A DNA stretch of 64,000 nucleotides from Candidatus Eiseniibacteriota bacterium (GCA_963792585.1 CAWBWI010000006.1:416001-480000); one strand, 5' to 3'; positions 44,925 through 55,476 are shown, numbered from the stretch's first letter. The notes: generated by a model not told the origin, from the sequence alone. Translations and numbers: made by a program.

Positions 44925-45986
44925 ATGAGCGCTGCGGGACGCTCCACGCCCGATGTCATCGTCATCGGGGGAGGGATCGCCGGATTGGCATGCGCGCACG
45001 CCCTCGCGGGCGAGGGTCGCGCGGTCACGATTTTCGAGATGGCGCCGGGCCACGGCGCCTCCTGGGCGGCCGCGGGGATGCTCTCGCCGTGGGCCGAATC
45101 GCCGCACGGAATCGAGACCTGCGATCTCCGCGAGCGAGCCCTCGCCTCCTATCCGGAGTGGACTGCCGCACTGACGGACGAGACGGGGCTGACGATCGAT
45201 GTCGTGCGCTGCGGAAGCATCGTCGTGACCGAGATCGAGGACGAGGCGTCCGCCCCAGCCCGACTGAGCGCGATCGCCTCGCGCGCGCCGGGCTTCCGAG
45301 AGCTCTCGCCCGAACAGGCGCGATCCGAAGCGCCCCTTCTGGGGCCGGGAACCCTCGACGCGGTTCTGCTGCCAGAGGAAAGCTATGCCGACCCACCGAC
45401 GGTCGTGCGCGCCCTTCAGGAAGCGTGTCGCCGTAGGGGCGTGGTCACACGCGAGGAACCGGTCCACCGCTTGCGGATCGAGCAGGGACGCGCGATCGGC
45501 GTATCCACTCCGACCGGAGAGCTTCACGCGGGAGGAATCCTCGACGCCGCCGGCGCGTGGGCGGGCGCGTTCCTTGGCGATTCCGACATGCGACCGATCC
45601 GCGGCCAGCTCGTTTCCCTCCGACCGGCCGGAACCCACGCCCTGCGACCGAATCGGATCGTCCAGTCGACACGCGGTTACATCGTCCCCCGACGGGACGG
45701 CTCCGTGGTGATCGGCGGAACGAGCGAGGAGGTGGGTTTCGAAGGAGGAGTGACCACGGAGGGGATCCACAAAATCCTCACCTGGGCGATGCGCACGGCG
45801 CCGTCATTGGGATCCTGGCGTATCAGCGATACCTGGTCCGGCTTTCGTCCCTTCCGGCAGAAAGGGCTGTTCGTCGGGCCGGACGAGGGCGTCCCAGGTC
45901 TCTACCATGCGACCGGGCAGCACCGCCACGGCATCCTGCTCGCGCCGTATGTCGCCGGGAGGATCCGGGAGGCGATGGCGCGATGA
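44925..45986 (+). CDS. thiO: Glycine oxidase ThiO
   Basis: VIGGGIAG, ASWAAAGML, AAGAW, RPIRGQ, YIVPR, WSGFRP, TGQHRHGILLAP. Confidence 0.92.
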   Translation: MSAAGRSTPDVIVIGGGIAGLACAHALAGEGRAVTIFEMAPGHGASWAAAGMLSPWAESPHGIETCDLRERALASYPEWTAALTDETGLTIDVVRCGSIVVTEIEDEASAPARLSAIASRAPGFRELSPEQARSEAPLLGPGTLDAVLLPEESYADPPTVVRALQEACRRRGVVTREEPVHRLRIEQGRAIGVSTPTGELHAGGILDAAGAWAGAFLGDSDMRPIRGQLVSLRPAGTHALRPNRIVQSTRGYIVPRRDGSVVIGGTSEEVGFEGGVTTEGIHKILTWAMRTAPSLGSWRISDTWSGFRPFRQKGLFVGPDEGVPGLYHATGQHRHGILLAPYVAGRIREAMAR

Positions 45987-46189
45987 GAATCTTCGTCAAC
46001 GGCAAGGAACGAGAGGTCGCCACAGAGACGACGATCGATCTGTTCCTCCGGGAGATCGGAATCCCGCCCCAGAGGACGGGCACGGCGGTCGCCCGCAACG
46101 ATGAAGTCGTCCCCAGGAATCGATGGTCCGAGACCCTGCTCGCCGACGGCGACAGGATCGAGATCATCACGGCCGTACAAGGAGGCTAA
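45983..46189 (+). CDS. thiS: Sulfur carrier protein ThiS
   Basis: MRIFVNG...AVARN.EVVPR..W....L.DGDRIEIITAVQGG; C-terminal GG. Confidence 0.95.
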   Translation: MRIFVNGKEREVATETTIDLFLREIGIPPQRTGTAVARNDEVVPRNRWSETLLADGDRIEIITAVQGG

Positions 46190-46192
46190 GAG

Positions 46193-47011
46193 ATGAGCAC
46201 GACGACACCCAGCGCCGGGAACTCCCGACTCGCACCCCTTCGATTCGGCGGGCGTGAGTTCCAGAGCCGCCTTCTCGTCGGCACCGGGAAGTTCAAGGAC
46301 TTCGAGACGATGAAGCGCGCCCACGACGCGTCCGGAGCCGAGATCGTGACCGTGGCGATCCGGCGCGTGAACCTCGACGATCGCGGCAGCGGCAAGTGTC
46401 TGCTCGACCACATCGACACGAAGCGATACGCGCTGCTGCCGAATACGGCCGGTTGCTACACGGTCAAGGACGCCATCCTAACCTCACAGCTTGCGCGCGA
46501 GGCGCTCGGCACCGATCTGATCAAGCTCGAGGTGATCGGCGATGAGCGGACCCTCTTCCCCGACAACGAGGGGCTCCTCGAGGCGGCGAAGATCCTCGTC
46601 AAGGAAGGGTTCACGGTTCTCCCCTACACGATCGACGACCCGATCATCTGCAGGAAGCTCGAGGAGATCGGGTGCGCCGCGGTGATGCCGCTCGCCGCCC
46701 CGATCGGCTCCGGATTGGGTATCTGCAACCCGACGAACATCCGGATCATCCTGGAGACCGTGAAGGTCCCGGTCCTTGTCGACGCCGGCGTGGGGACCGC
46801 TTCCGACGTGACGATCGCAATGGAGCTGGGCTGCGATGCGGTGTTGCTCAACACGGCGATCGCCGGAGCGGACGACCCCGTCAAGATGGCGCGGGCAATG
46901 CGCCTCGGCGTGGAAGCGGGGCGGCTCGCCTACGAGGCGGGACGGATCCCGCGGAAGCTGTATGCGAGCGCGTCGAGCACGATCGACGGCGTCGTGCGGA
47001 CCGGAGCTTAG
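46193..47011 (+). CDS. thiG: Thiazole synthase ThiG
   Basis: [50 protein letters not shown]. Confidence 0.97.
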   Translation: MSTTTPSAGNSRLAPLRFGGREFQSRLLVGTGKFKDFETMKRAHDASGAEIVTVAIRRVNLDDRGSGKCLLDHIDTKRYALLPNTAGCYTVKDAILTSQLAREALGTDLIKLEVIGDERTLFPDNEGLLEAAKILVKEGFTVLPYTIDDPIICRKLEEIGCAAVMPLAAPIGSGLGICNPTNIRIILETVKVPVLVDAGVGTASDVTIAMELGCDAVLLNTAIAGADDPVKMARAMRLGVEAGRLAYEAGRIPRKLYASASSTIDGVVRTGA

Positions 47012-47012
47012 G

Positions 47013-47648
47013 ATGGAAGTTCCCCGCTTCCTGCTCGTCTCCGATCGACGGCGGATGGGGACTGATCCGATCGCATCGGTTCTCGGCCTGGCGCGGGCCG
47101 GCGTGCCGGCATTCCAGTGGCGCGAGAAGGATCTGCCCGCCGCCTCGAGTTACGACTGGCTCTGCCGGCTCGCCGTGCTGCTCCACGCGGCCGGTGCCTT
47201 CGCGACGCGCATCGTCGTCAACGATCGGATCGACATCGCAGCCTCCCTGCGACTCGGAGTCCACCTTCCCGAGGAGGGACTGCCCACGCGCGTGGCCCGA
47301 TCGATCCTGGGCGCGGATGCGTTGATCGGCCGTTCCACGCATTCCGTCGACGCCGCGGTGCGCGCGCAGGAAGATGGCGCCGATTACATCACCTTCGGTC
47401 CCGTGTTCGAGACTCCGTCGAAGGCAGCGTTCGGACCGCCCCAGGGCCTCGAGCTGCTCCAGGGAGTCGCGAACACCGTGCGCGGGCTGCCGGTATTGGC
47501 GATCGGCGGGATCACGCCGGACCGCGTCGGTCCTTGCATCGCGGCAGGCGCCCACGGGGTCGCCGTGATCGGCGCCATCTGGGATGCGCCGGACCCGGTC
47601 GCCGCCTGGCGCGGCATCGAGCGTGCGCTTGGAGCGGGAGCATCGTAG
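47013..47648 (+). CDS. thiE: Thiamine-phosphate synthase family protein (ThiE/TenI)
   Basis: QWREKD, NDRIDIA, GVHL, GRSTHS, GADY..FGPVFETPSK, AIGGI, GVAVI. Confidence 0.88.
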   Translation: MEVPRFLLVSDRRRMGTDPIASVLGLARAGVPAFQWREKDLPAASSYDWLCRLAVLLHAAGAFATRIVVNDRIDIAASLRLGVHLPEEGLPTRVARSILGADALIGRSTHSVDAAVRAQEDGADYITFGPVFETPSKAAFGPPQGLELLQGVANTVRGLPVLAIGGITPDRVGPCIAAGAHGVAVIGAIWDAPDPVAAWRGIERALGAGAS

Positions 47649-47685
47649 CCTCGATCCACGCCGGACCCGCGCCTGGGGAGACCGC

Positions 47686-48207
47686 ATGCCAGACCCGATC
47701 CGGACAGAGCGCCTCGTCCTGGTGCCGGCATCGATCGAACTCGCCGAGAGCGAGATCGAGGACCGCGCCCAATTCGCACACCTTCTCGACGCGGAAATCC
47801 CCGAGGGGTGGCCTCCCGAGATCCTGGCCGACGCCCTTCCCTTCTTCCGAGATCTTCTGCGTGAAGATCCGGGTCGGACAGGCTGGCTGGGTTGGTATGC
47901 CCTGCTCACGACCGAGCGCGGTCGCGTCCTCGTGGGGAGCGCCGGTTTCAGGGGTCCGCCGGATGGGCGCGGACGGGTGGAAACCGGCTATTCAATGGTC
48001 CCTGAATACCAAGGACGCGGTCTTGCGACCGAGATGGTGATCGCCCTGTGCGAATGGGCGTTTGGTCAGCCCGGCGTCTCGGGAATCGAGGCGGAGACGG
48101 TGTGGTCGAACCGCGCATCGATGCGGGCACTCGAGAAGGCGGGGTTCACGCGGATCGACGCAACTCCGGGGAAGCCCGAGGATGCCGTGCACTTCCTGAG
48201 GACTTGA
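47686..48207 (+). CDS. GNAT (RimJ/RimL-like) N-acetyltransferase
   Basis: IRTERL, GFRGPP..VETGY..YQGRGLATE..N.AS.R.LEKAGF. Confidence 0.88.
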   Translation: MPDPIRTERLVLVPASIELAESEIEDRAQFAHLLDAEIPEGWPPEILADALPFFRDLLREDPGRTGWLGWYALLTTERGRVLVGSAGFRGPPDGRGRVETGYSMVPEYQGRGLATEMVIALCEWAFGQPGVSGIEAETVWSNRASMRALEKAGFTRIDATPGKPEDAVHFLRT

Positions 48208-48445
48208 AGGCGAGTGGTCAGACGGCGACTGCCCGCCCGACCGTCTTGGGAGAAGCGCCCTGCCCGGCATCCATTGCCGATCGGATTTTCGGGAATCACC
48301 GGAACCGCCAAGGGTAGGAACGCGAGGGCGCCGCGGACGCACGTCTCGCCGGCGGGAACGCCCGCCGGGGATCGGATGGGCCGCGTCGCAGAACCCGGAC
48401 GCGCGCCCGGCGATCGCACAGACCTGGCGGGATCCGGCCTGGACA

Positions 48446-48474
48446 TTGACCAGCGACCGTTTCCTGCCTAGCCT
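48446..48474 (+). promoter_or_regulatory. Putative sigma70 promoter
   Basis: TTGACC, 17 bp, TAGCCT, then AAGGAG SD and ATG 48498. Confidence 0.5.
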
Positions 48475-48497
48475 CGGCATCGCGAAAGGAGAACACC

Positions 48498-50042
48498 ATG
48501 GCCGCCTCATGCCGGTTCCGGATCTTCGCCTTCTGCCTCGCGGTCACCCTCGGATTCATCCCCGGCTGCGGGGATGACGAAACACCACCCTGCCCTCCGG
48601 TCAATGTGGGCAGGATTCACGGCATGCTCCAAGCCGCGGGGCAGCCGATCCACGCACACGTGACGGCCTATGCGGTTCCCGAGGATTCCCATCCCGGTGA
48701 TGCCGCCTATGTTCAAACGCTGAGCGATTCGAGCGGGGCCTATTCAATGGAGGTTCCCAGCGGTCGGTATCTGCTGCTGATGGACGCGAGCATCTGCTAC
48801 CAGTTCTACGCACATGGTCGCCTCGTGTCCCCGAGCGAGGCCGAGACGCTCGTGGTCGGGCGCGGCGAGTCGATCGCAGCGGACGTCACGCTCGGCGCCG
48901 CCCGGCTCGAAGTCACCACCCCCGCGGAACTCGAGGGGTACCGGTGCACGGCGAGGCTCGTGGCGTCAACCCCTGAGCAATGCCGATCGACGTCCGGGAA
49001 TGCGCGGATCACGGACGGACACGCGACCATCACCTTTCCGCGAGTGATCCCGGGAACCTACCGGATGAGCTTCATCGTCGCCAGCGTCGGCGAGATCTGG
49101 TTGCCCGGGACCATGGACATCACCGAAGCGGACTCGATCGTTGTCCCCATGGGCGTCGAAGCGCAGTACCAGGCAACCTTGCCCCAGCCCGCGACGCTGC
49201 GCGGGACCGTGACGGGAAGCTGGCAGGAACTGGGTCAATACCCACCCCGACTGACTCTGACGGATCTCACGGGACGCGACCAGCTCGCATCGACACAAAC
49301 GAACTCCGTGGATGGATCCTACGAGATGCCGGTCTATGGGAGCGGGCAGGCGCTCCTGCAGATCGCGATCGGCTCGGTCCGGCGCTGGCATGGTGGAACC
49401 ACGTTCGACGAAGCGACCCCAATCGATCTCGAATCGGGGCGGACGGTCGAGTTGAATCTCCGAGAATCCGGCGTCGCCGGATGGCTGAATCGCGAGGGGC
49501 TCCCGTCCGGCGTCACCCTGTTGCTCGTGGACGACGATGGCGCCATGCGCGGGACTGGCTCTGCGGACGGGCCACGCGGATTCTTCCGGATATCGAACCT
49601 CGTGCCCGGAACGTACTACCTGCATATTCCGGCCGGGCCGACATGGATCGAGCAGTATTACGACAAAACGAATTCGCTCGCCCTCGCCACGCCTATCCAG
49701 ATCACAGAAGATGGGGAGGTCGTCTGGTTGAATCTCGATCTAGAGAACGGGGGTTCGATCGAGGGACGCTTGATGCGCGACGATGGCGCACCCGCCTACG
49801 GCGTGCCGATCGATCTCGTGGGCCCGAGCGGAACGCAACCGTTCCGTCGTGGACAATCGAACGGTCAGGAGGGTGGATTCACGTTTTCCGCATTACCGGA
49901 CGGCGATTATCGCATCGTCGCGCACCCAAATGAGATCGACATGCCGGTCTGGTATCCCGGCGTCACGGACACGGCACAGGCCGTCGTGATCTCGATTCGC
50001 GACCATGCGGAGGTGACAGGGATCTTCTTCGATCTCCCGTAG
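48498..50042 (+). CDS. Lipoprotein with repeated carboxypeptidase-regulatory-like beta-sandwich domains
   Basis: Lipobox-like IPGC then GDDE; repeated G.Y/F.....PG.Y.L...W/Y.G....A..I units. Confidence 0.75.
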   Translation: MAASCRFRIFAFCLAVTLGFIPGCGDDETPPCPPVNVGRIHGMLQAAGQPIHAHVTAYAVPEDSHPGDAAYVQTLSDSSGAYSMEVPSGRYLLLMDASICYQFYAHGRLVSPSEAETLVVGRGESIAADVTLGAARLEVTTPAELEGYRCTARLVASTPEQCRSTSGNARITDGHATITFPRVIPGTYRMSFIVASVGEIWLPGTMDITEADSIVVPMGVEAQYQATLPQPATLRGTVTGSWQELGQYPPRLTLTDLTGRDQLASTQTNSVDGSYEMPVYGSGQALLQIAIGSVRRWHGGTTFDEATPIDLESGRTVELNLRESGVAGWLNREGLPSGVTLLLVDDDGAMRGTGSADGPRGFFRISNLVPGTYYLHIPAGPTWIEQYYDKTNSLALATPIQITEDGEVVWLNLDLENGGSIEGRLMRDDGAPAYGVPIDLVGPSGTQPFRRGQSNGQEGGFTFSALPDGDYRIVAHPNEIDMPVWYPGVTDTAQAVVISIRDHAEVTGIFFDLP

Positions 50043-50120
50043 CCCTACGCAGAGAGGTTCAGACGGTTGTCCTTCGCGTGGCGCTGGATCTCGGGACGAT
50101 CCCGCGCCGCGCGCCCGCGA

Positions 50121-50192
50121 CTCTGCGCGTCGCTCTACCCGCACTCCTGCACGTCGCTGCATCCGCACCCCTGCGCGTCCCCGCGCCGTCAC
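50121..50192. repeat. Imperfect 24-bp tandem repeat (3 copies, degrading further right)
   Basis: CTCTGCGCGTCGCTCTACCCGCAC / TCCTGCACGTCGCTGCATCCGCAC / CCCTGCGCGTCCCCGCGCCGTCAC. Confidence 0.6.
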
Positions 50193-50318
50193 GTCTCCGC
50201 CGGCTCTGTGTTTCCATGTGTCTCCGCGCCCCAGGGCACCGCCCTGCCAATCCTTGCCGGAATCTGTGATGTCCGAAAATGGCGAGCCTCCCCCCGGCGC
50301 CCCTGTTATACCTATGTC

Positions 50319-51809
50319 ATGGAACTGGATCGCCAGCGCTGCTATCGGGCCGTCCTGAGCCGGGACGCCCGCTTCGACGGGCGGTTCTTCACGGCCGTCA
50401 CGACGACCGGAATCTACTGTCGGCCCGTCTGCCCCGCCCGTCCGCCTAAGCTCGAGAACGTCCGCTTCTATGCTTGCGCAGCGGCCGCGCAGGAGGCCGG
50501 TTTTCGGCCTTGCATGCGCTGCCGCCCCGAGACGTCCCCCGGCACGCCTGCTTGGCTCGGGACTTCGGCAACCGTCTCCCGCGCGCTCCGCCTGATCGCT
50601 TCCGGCGCCCTCGACACGGGGGACGTCGATGAACTCGCGGCGCGGCTCGGCGTCGGCTCGAGACACCTCCGCCGCCTGTTCGACGAGCACCTGGGCGCCA
50701 CGCCGGTCGCCATTGCGCAGACGCGGAGGACACATTTTGCTTCCCGTCTGATCGAGGAAACGGACCTCCCGATGACGGAAATCGCACTCGCTTCCGGCTT
50801 TTCTAGCCTGCGGAGATTCAACGCGAGCATTCGCGCCACTTTTGCGCGCACGCCGAGCGAGATCCGTGCCCATCGCCGCGCTCCGGCCTCGCGCGTGGAA
50901 GGCTGCCTGACGCTCAGACTTCCGTACCGTCCGCCCTATGACTGGACGGCGATGATCGAGTTCCTTCGCGCCCGCGCGATTCCGGGCGTGGAGGAGGTCG
51001 ACGCGGAGACCTACCGTCGCTCGATCTCGATCGGCCGCTCGACGAATGTGATCGAGGTGCGCCGATCCACCGAGAAGTCGCAGCTCATTCTTCGCCTCCT
51101 CCAGTCCGATGCGCAGCACTTGACCCGGATCGTAGATGGCGTACGCAAGATCTTCGATCTCGGCGCCGATCCGTTCGCGATCGCCGCGCACCTTCGGCAC
51201 GATCCGCGCCTTCGCGACTCCGTGCGCGCCCACCCCGGCCTCCGCGTTCCCGGGGCGTGGGATCCCTTCGAGTTGGCCGTCAGGGCCGTCCTCGGCCAGC
51301 AAGTCACGGTGAAGGGGGCGCGAACCCTCGCGTCCCGGCTCGTGGAGCGATTCGGCCGGGCGCTGCCGGCCCCACCCTCGCCGAGGATCACGCACCTCTT
51401 CCCCACCCCAGCCGACCTCGCGGACGCGCCGATCGAGAGGATCGGGATTCCGGCAGCCCGCGCGGAGGCGATCCGCGGGCTCGCCCGGGCCGTGCGCGCG
51501 GGACGCGTCACGCTGGATGCCGGAGGCGATGGCTCGGGAGCTCTCGAGAATCTGACCGGCCTACCGGGGATCGGCGCATGGACCGCGGCGTACGTCGCGA
51601 TGCGCGCGATGGGCGAACCGGACATTTTCCCGTCGGGCGATATCGTGCTGCGTCGGACACTTTCCGACGATTCGCGCCCGCTTTCCCCCCTCGAAACAGA
51701 GACGATCGCGGAGGCGTGGAGCCCCTGGCGGTCATATGCGGTTCTACATATTTGGATGCAGGCCGCGCCACGAAAGGAGAAGCATGCAGCTCCCCGTCGC
51801 CGAGCTTGA
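50319..51809 (+). CDS. alkA: Bifunctional AdaA (Zn/AraC)-AlkA 3-methyladenine glycosylase
   Basis: RDARFDGRFF..TTGIYCRPVC, GFRPCMRC, AraC HTH GFSSLRRFN, DPFELAVRAVLGQQV, LPGIGAWTA, W.PWRSYA. Confidence 0.93.
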   Translation: MELDRQRCYRAVLSRDARFDGRFFTAVTTTGIYCRPVCPARPPKLENVRFYACAAAAQEAGFRPCMRCRPETSPGTPAWLGTSATVSRALRLIASGALDTGDVDELAARLGVGSRHLRRLFDEHLGATPVAIAQTRRTHFASRLIEETDLPMTEIALASGFSSLRRFNASIRATFARTPSEIRAHRRAPASRVEGCLTLRLPYRPPYDWTAMIEFLRARAIPGVEEVDAETYRRSISIGRSTNVIEVRRSTEKSQLILRLLQSDAQHLTRIVDGVRKIFDLGADPFAIAAHLRHDPRLRDSVRAHPGLRVPGAWDPFELAVRAVLGQQVTVKGARTLASRLVERFGRALPAPPSPRITHLFPTPADLADAPIERIGIPAARAEAIRGLARAVRAGRVTLDAGGDGSGALENLTGLPGIGAWTAAYVAMRAMGEPDIFPSGDIVLRRTLSDDSRPLSPLETETIAEAWSPWRSYAVLHIWMQAAPRKEKHAAPRRRA

Positions 51810-52293
51810 GACCCCCATCGGCACCCTCACGACCGTCGCGGGACCGGAGGGACTGTGCGCCGTCACATTCGAGGGACAGGCCGCCGAGATCGAGCGCTGG
51901 CTGGAGCGCCGTTTTGGCCAGGTCGAGCTAAAGCCCGTCGCCTCGCTACCCAAGATCACGGCCCCGCTAAGAGCGTACTTCGCGGGAGATCTTGGAGCCC
52001 TCGATCGGATCGCCGTCGACATGGGCGGAACCGTGTTCCAGAAGCAGGTCTGGGCGCGCCTGCGGAAGGTCCGCGTGGGGACCACCGTCGCCTACGGCGA
52101 GCTCGCCCGCGCGATCGGGCGCCCCGCTGCAACCCGCGCGGTCGCCGCAGCGAACGCACACAATCCGGTCCCGATCGTCGTCCCCTGCCATCGCGTGATC
52201 GCTGCGGACGGCTCCCTCTGGGGATACGGCGGCGGGCTCGAGCGCAAGCGGTGGCTGCTCCGTCACGAAGGCGCCTTGGGCGACTTGCTCTGA
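51784..52293 (+). CDS. ogt: Methylated-DNA--protein-cysteine methyltransferase
   Basis: TPIG, GTVFQ, YGELA, RAVA.AN..NP..IVVPCHRVI, GYGGGL; AAGGAG SD. Confidence 0.94.
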   Translation: MQLPVAELETPIGTLTTVAGPEGLCAVTFEGQAAEIERWLERRFGQVELKPVASLPKITAPLRAYFAGDLGALDRIAVDMGGTVFQKQVWARLRKVRVGTTVAYGELARAIGRPAATRAVAAANAHNPVPIVVPCHRVIAADGSLWGYGGGLERKRWLLRHEGALGDLL

Positions 52294-52439
52294 GTTGGAT
52301 CGAAGTCGCCCGCGCATGCCCGGCGAGTTGGCGGAGTCCAAGTCCTGGACAGCGATGAAGAACTGAAGCCCCGCGCGCGACCACTGGGGTACATTCAGGG
52401 CATGTGCAGGAGCGCTGAAACGGCGGGGCCATCCCCTCG

Positions 52440-53690
52440 ATGACCCCGCTTTCCCTGTCCCTGGTGGCCCTACGGCACCGGAACTTCCGCCTGCTCTGGT
52501 CGGGACAACTGCTCTCCATCACCGGCTCGATGATGCAATCGGCCGCGATCCTCTGGCACGTTTCGCTCCTGGCGCCCCCGGATCGCAAGGGTCTCGCGCT
52601 CGGGATGGTCGGGCTCGTGCGGATCCTGCCGATCCTCGTCCTCGGAATGATCGGGGGCGTGATCGCGGACGCCCACGACCGCCGGCGTCTGATGCTCATC
52701 ACGCAGACCTTCATGGCGCTCGTGGCCGCCGCCTTGGCCTACCTGACGGCGACCCAGCAGATCCAGCTCTGGTCGGTCTACGTCCTGGCGGCGCTGGGCG
52801 CCGCCGGCGGCGCATTCGATGCGCCGGCTCGCCAGTCGCTCTTTCCGAACCTCGTCCCGCGGGAACACCTCCCAAACGCCATCAGCCTGAATACGATCAT
52901 GTTCCAGGTAGGCTCGGTCATCGGCCCGTCGCTCGGCGGGATCGTGATCGCCGCCCTAGGAGTCCCGTGGGCGTACGGTTTCAACGCCGTCTCCTTCGTC
53001 GCGGTCATCGCCGCCCTCGTCATGATGCGCGATCTTCCCGAACGCGCACCGGGCGAGGCGAGCCAGGTGAGCTGGAAGGCGGCGATGGAAGGGCTACGCT
53101 TCGTATTCAAGACGCCGATCATCCGCGGTTCGATGCTGGTCGACTTCTTCGCCACCTTCTTCTCGTCGGCAACGGCGCTGTTGCCGATCTTCGCGCAGGA
53201 CATCTTGAAGGTTGGACCCCTCGCCTACGGCTGGCTCTATGCCGCCACGTCGATCGGGGCGCTCACCACGAGCGTCATCATGCTTCGGGTGATCGACCGG
53301 ATCCACCGGCGCGGTCGGGTTCTGTTCATGGCGGTCTTCGCTTACGGGCTGGCGACCGTCCTATTCGGGCTCTCCCGGCAATTCTGGATTACCTTCATCT
53401 GCCTCGCGCTGGTGGGCGGGAGCGACATGGTCAGCACGGTCCTGCGCAACGTGATCCGGCAACTCACCACACCCGACGGGCTGCGGGGGAGGATGACGAG
53501 CATCAACATGGTCTTCTTCATGGGGGGACCGCAGCTCGGGGAGTTGGAGGCGGGGCTCCTCGCGCAGGGATTCGGGGCGCCGGCTTCAGTGGTGAGCGGA
53601 GGGCTCGCATGCCTCGCGGTCACTGGGTGGATTGCCGCGCGCACGCCCGATCTTTGGCGCTACGTTCGCGAAAGCAAGCTCGGTGTGTGA
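52440..53690 (+). CDS. MFS transporter (EntS/MFS_3-like)
   Basis: RHRNFRLLW.GQ, GGVIAD.HDRRR, PARQS, LRGRMTS; about 12 TM helices. Confidence 0.9.
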   Translation: MTPLSLSLVALRHRNFRLLWSGQLLSITGSMMQSAAILWHVSLLAPPDRKGLALGMVGLVRILPILVLGMIGGVIADAHDRRRLMLITQTFMALVAAALAYLTATQQIQLWSVYVLAALGAAGGAFDAPARQSLFPNLVPREHLPNAISLNTIMFQVGSVIGPSLGGIVIAALGVPWAYGFNAVSFVAVIAALVMMRDLPERAPGEASQVSWKAAMEGLRFVFKTPIIRGSMLVDFFATFFSSATALLPIFAQDILKVGPLAYGWLYAATSIGALTTSVIMLRVIDRIHRRGRVLFMAVFAYGLATVLFGLSRQFWITFICLALVGGSDMVSTVLRNVIRQLTTPDGLRGRMTSINMVFFMGGPQLGELEAGLLAQGFGAPASVVSGGLACLAVTGWIAARTPDLWRYVRESKLGV

Positions 53691-53736
53691 TGGAATCCGG
53701 GCCTGCGCGCGGCCATTTCGATTCGTTTCCGCGTTC

Positions 53737-55476
53737 CTAGATGCTGATCCCCATCGCCTTCGCCTTCAGGAGGAGCGTGTTTCGATGGATTCCCAGCAGC
53801 TTTGCCGCCTCGACCCTGTTGCCTTGGGTCCGCGCCAGGGCCTGGCGGATCGCCGTCTCCTCCAGCTCCCGAAGGGTCGGCACCCGATCCGGTGACGTCT
53901 CGGGGCCCGCATGCGAAGTGCGCCCAGCGGATTCAAGCGCCGTGGCCACCTGATCCGCCTCGATCTTGACCGAACTACCACGGAGAACGATCCTGCTAAC
54001 GACTTGGCGCAACTCCCGAACGTTTCCCGGCCATGGATGGACCTGAAGAAGGCTCATTCCTTCCGGGGTGAATGACACCCGATGACGGAGCTTCGACTGA
54101 GCACGACGTGCACGGATGAACTGGGTCGCCAGCGCGGGGATATCCTCGACGCGCTCCCGCAGGGGGGGCAGGATCAACTGCAGATCCGAAACCCGCTCCG
54201 CGAGCGCCGACGGCAACTCTCTGGCGGAGGCCCCGCGCGTCGCATCGGGAGCGGTCGCCACGATGAGACGCAGATCGATCCTCTCGTCTCGCCGCCCACC
54301 CAGCGGGCGAAGGAGACCATCGTCCAGGATCCCCGCGAGCCCGGCGGCCAGACCCTCGTCGATTTCCTCCGCATTGGTCAGGAAAAGCGTGCCCCTGTCG
54401 GCCTGCCGCGCGAGCCCGACTTCGGGGGCGCGCGCCCCGCGGGCGGCCGCGCCGCTTCGGCCGAGGATCAGCCCCTTGAGCAGTTCCCTCGGGGCCACGG
54501 CGCAGTCGCAGGCGACAAATGCCTCCCGGGATCGATGGCCGGCGTCATGAATCAGGCGCGCAAGGTGACGGCGTCCGCTCCCCGGCTCGCCCATGATGCG
54601 AACCGGGGACCGCAATGCCGCGGCAAGGGACGCCTGGCGGCGCACCCGCTCCATCGCGGGACCTTCCCCGATCCATGCATCCCAGATCGATTCCGGCGAT
54701 CCCCCAGCGCGCAGGCGAGTATTCTCGGCAACGACCTCCCCGTGGATGCGGGCGTTCTCGAGCGCCGTCGCCGCAACTGCGGCGATCGTCTCCATGAAGC
54801 GCACCGAATCGTTCGGGAAGGCGGCCGGACGGCCGGCATCGAGATAGAGCACACCGACCGGCCCCGACAAGGAGATCATGGGCGCACAGAGAACCGAACG
54901 CATTTGATGCAGCTTCACGCTCGGCACGCTCGCGAAACGGGGGTCCGCCAACGCGTCGGGGGTGATGACCAACGGCCCTCTCCGTCCCTGCGTCAGGATC
55001 GTGCGGCTGACCTTCTCGATCGTGCGCAGTTCCCTCCCGTGAACATTGAGCGCGAGCACAGGAACGAGCCCTGCGGCGTCGGTGTCTCCCAGGAACAGGA
55101 TGCCGCGATCGGCGCCCAGCCCCCGGACTGCCTGATCGAGGATGGTGTTCACAAGGCGGTGCAAATCGAGTTCGGCCGTGACCGTGCAGGTCAGGCCTTG
55201 CAGACGACTGAGGTCCTGCTCGGCCAGCCAGGCGACCCCTTGATCGTGGACATCGTCCGTTGCGGTCCGGGACGTCCACTCGCGACCGAGGTCATCGACG
55301 GCATCGAGGCCGGAGGGAGCTTTCGAAAGATCGGCTTGGATACCCTTGAGCTCATCGATGTCGGACCGGACTCGGCCACGACGCGATGTCCCTTTGGCAT
55401 TCCCCTTCGGGCGGCCGCGCTTCAATGCCCCTCCCATCTCGGTCGGCCTCGGGCCCGACCCCGGAACCTCTGCCAT
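53737..55476 (-). CDS. GAF-AAA+-Fis HTH sigma54-activator-like regulator, catalytically degenerate
   Basis: GAF (RSVLCAPM..GVLYLD..ALENA); AAA+ remnants LPPLRER.EDI, WPGNVREL; Fis HTH; Walker A GEPGSGRR, no GAFTGA, Walker B LFLTNA. Confidence 0.85.
   Translation of the reverse strand: MAEVPGSGPRPTEMGGALKRGRPKGNAKGTSRRGRVRSDIDELKGIQADLSKAPSGLDAVDDLGREWTSRTATDDVHDQGVAWLAEQDLSRLQGLTCTVTAELDLHRLVNTILDQAVRGLGADRGILFLGDTDAAGLVPVLALNVHGRELRTIEKVSRTILTQGRRGPLVITPDALADPRFASVPSVKLHQMRSVLCAPMISLSGPVGVLYLDAGRPAAFPNDSVRFMETIAAVAATALENARIHGEVVAENTRLRAGGSPESIWDAWIGEGPAMERVRRQASLAAALRSPVRIMGEPGSGRRHLARLIHDAGHRSREAFVACDCAVAPRELLKGLILGRSGAAARGARAPEVGLARQADRGTLFLTNAEEIDEGLAAGLAGILDDGLLRPLGGRRDERIDLRLIVATAPDATRGASARELPSALAERVSDLQLILPPLRERVEDIPALATQFIRARRAQSKLRHRVSFTPEGMSLLQVHPWPGNVRELRQVVSRIVLRGSSVKIEADQVATALESAGRTSHAGPETSPDRVPTLRELEETAIRQALARTQGNRVEAAKLLGIHRNTLLLKAKAMGISI

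Noticed and set aside
47013..47648. Calling this gene TenI (thiazole tautomerase)
   Set aside because: It has GPVF rather than the His-containing GHVF recalled for Bacillus TenI. Kept as ThiE family, though not proven.
50121..50230. CRISPR array
   Set aside because: Units are contiguous and degenerate, with no spacers and no cas genes.
52294..52439. Riboswitch upstream of the MFS gene
   Set aside because: Only short hairpins; no recognisable aptamer consensus.
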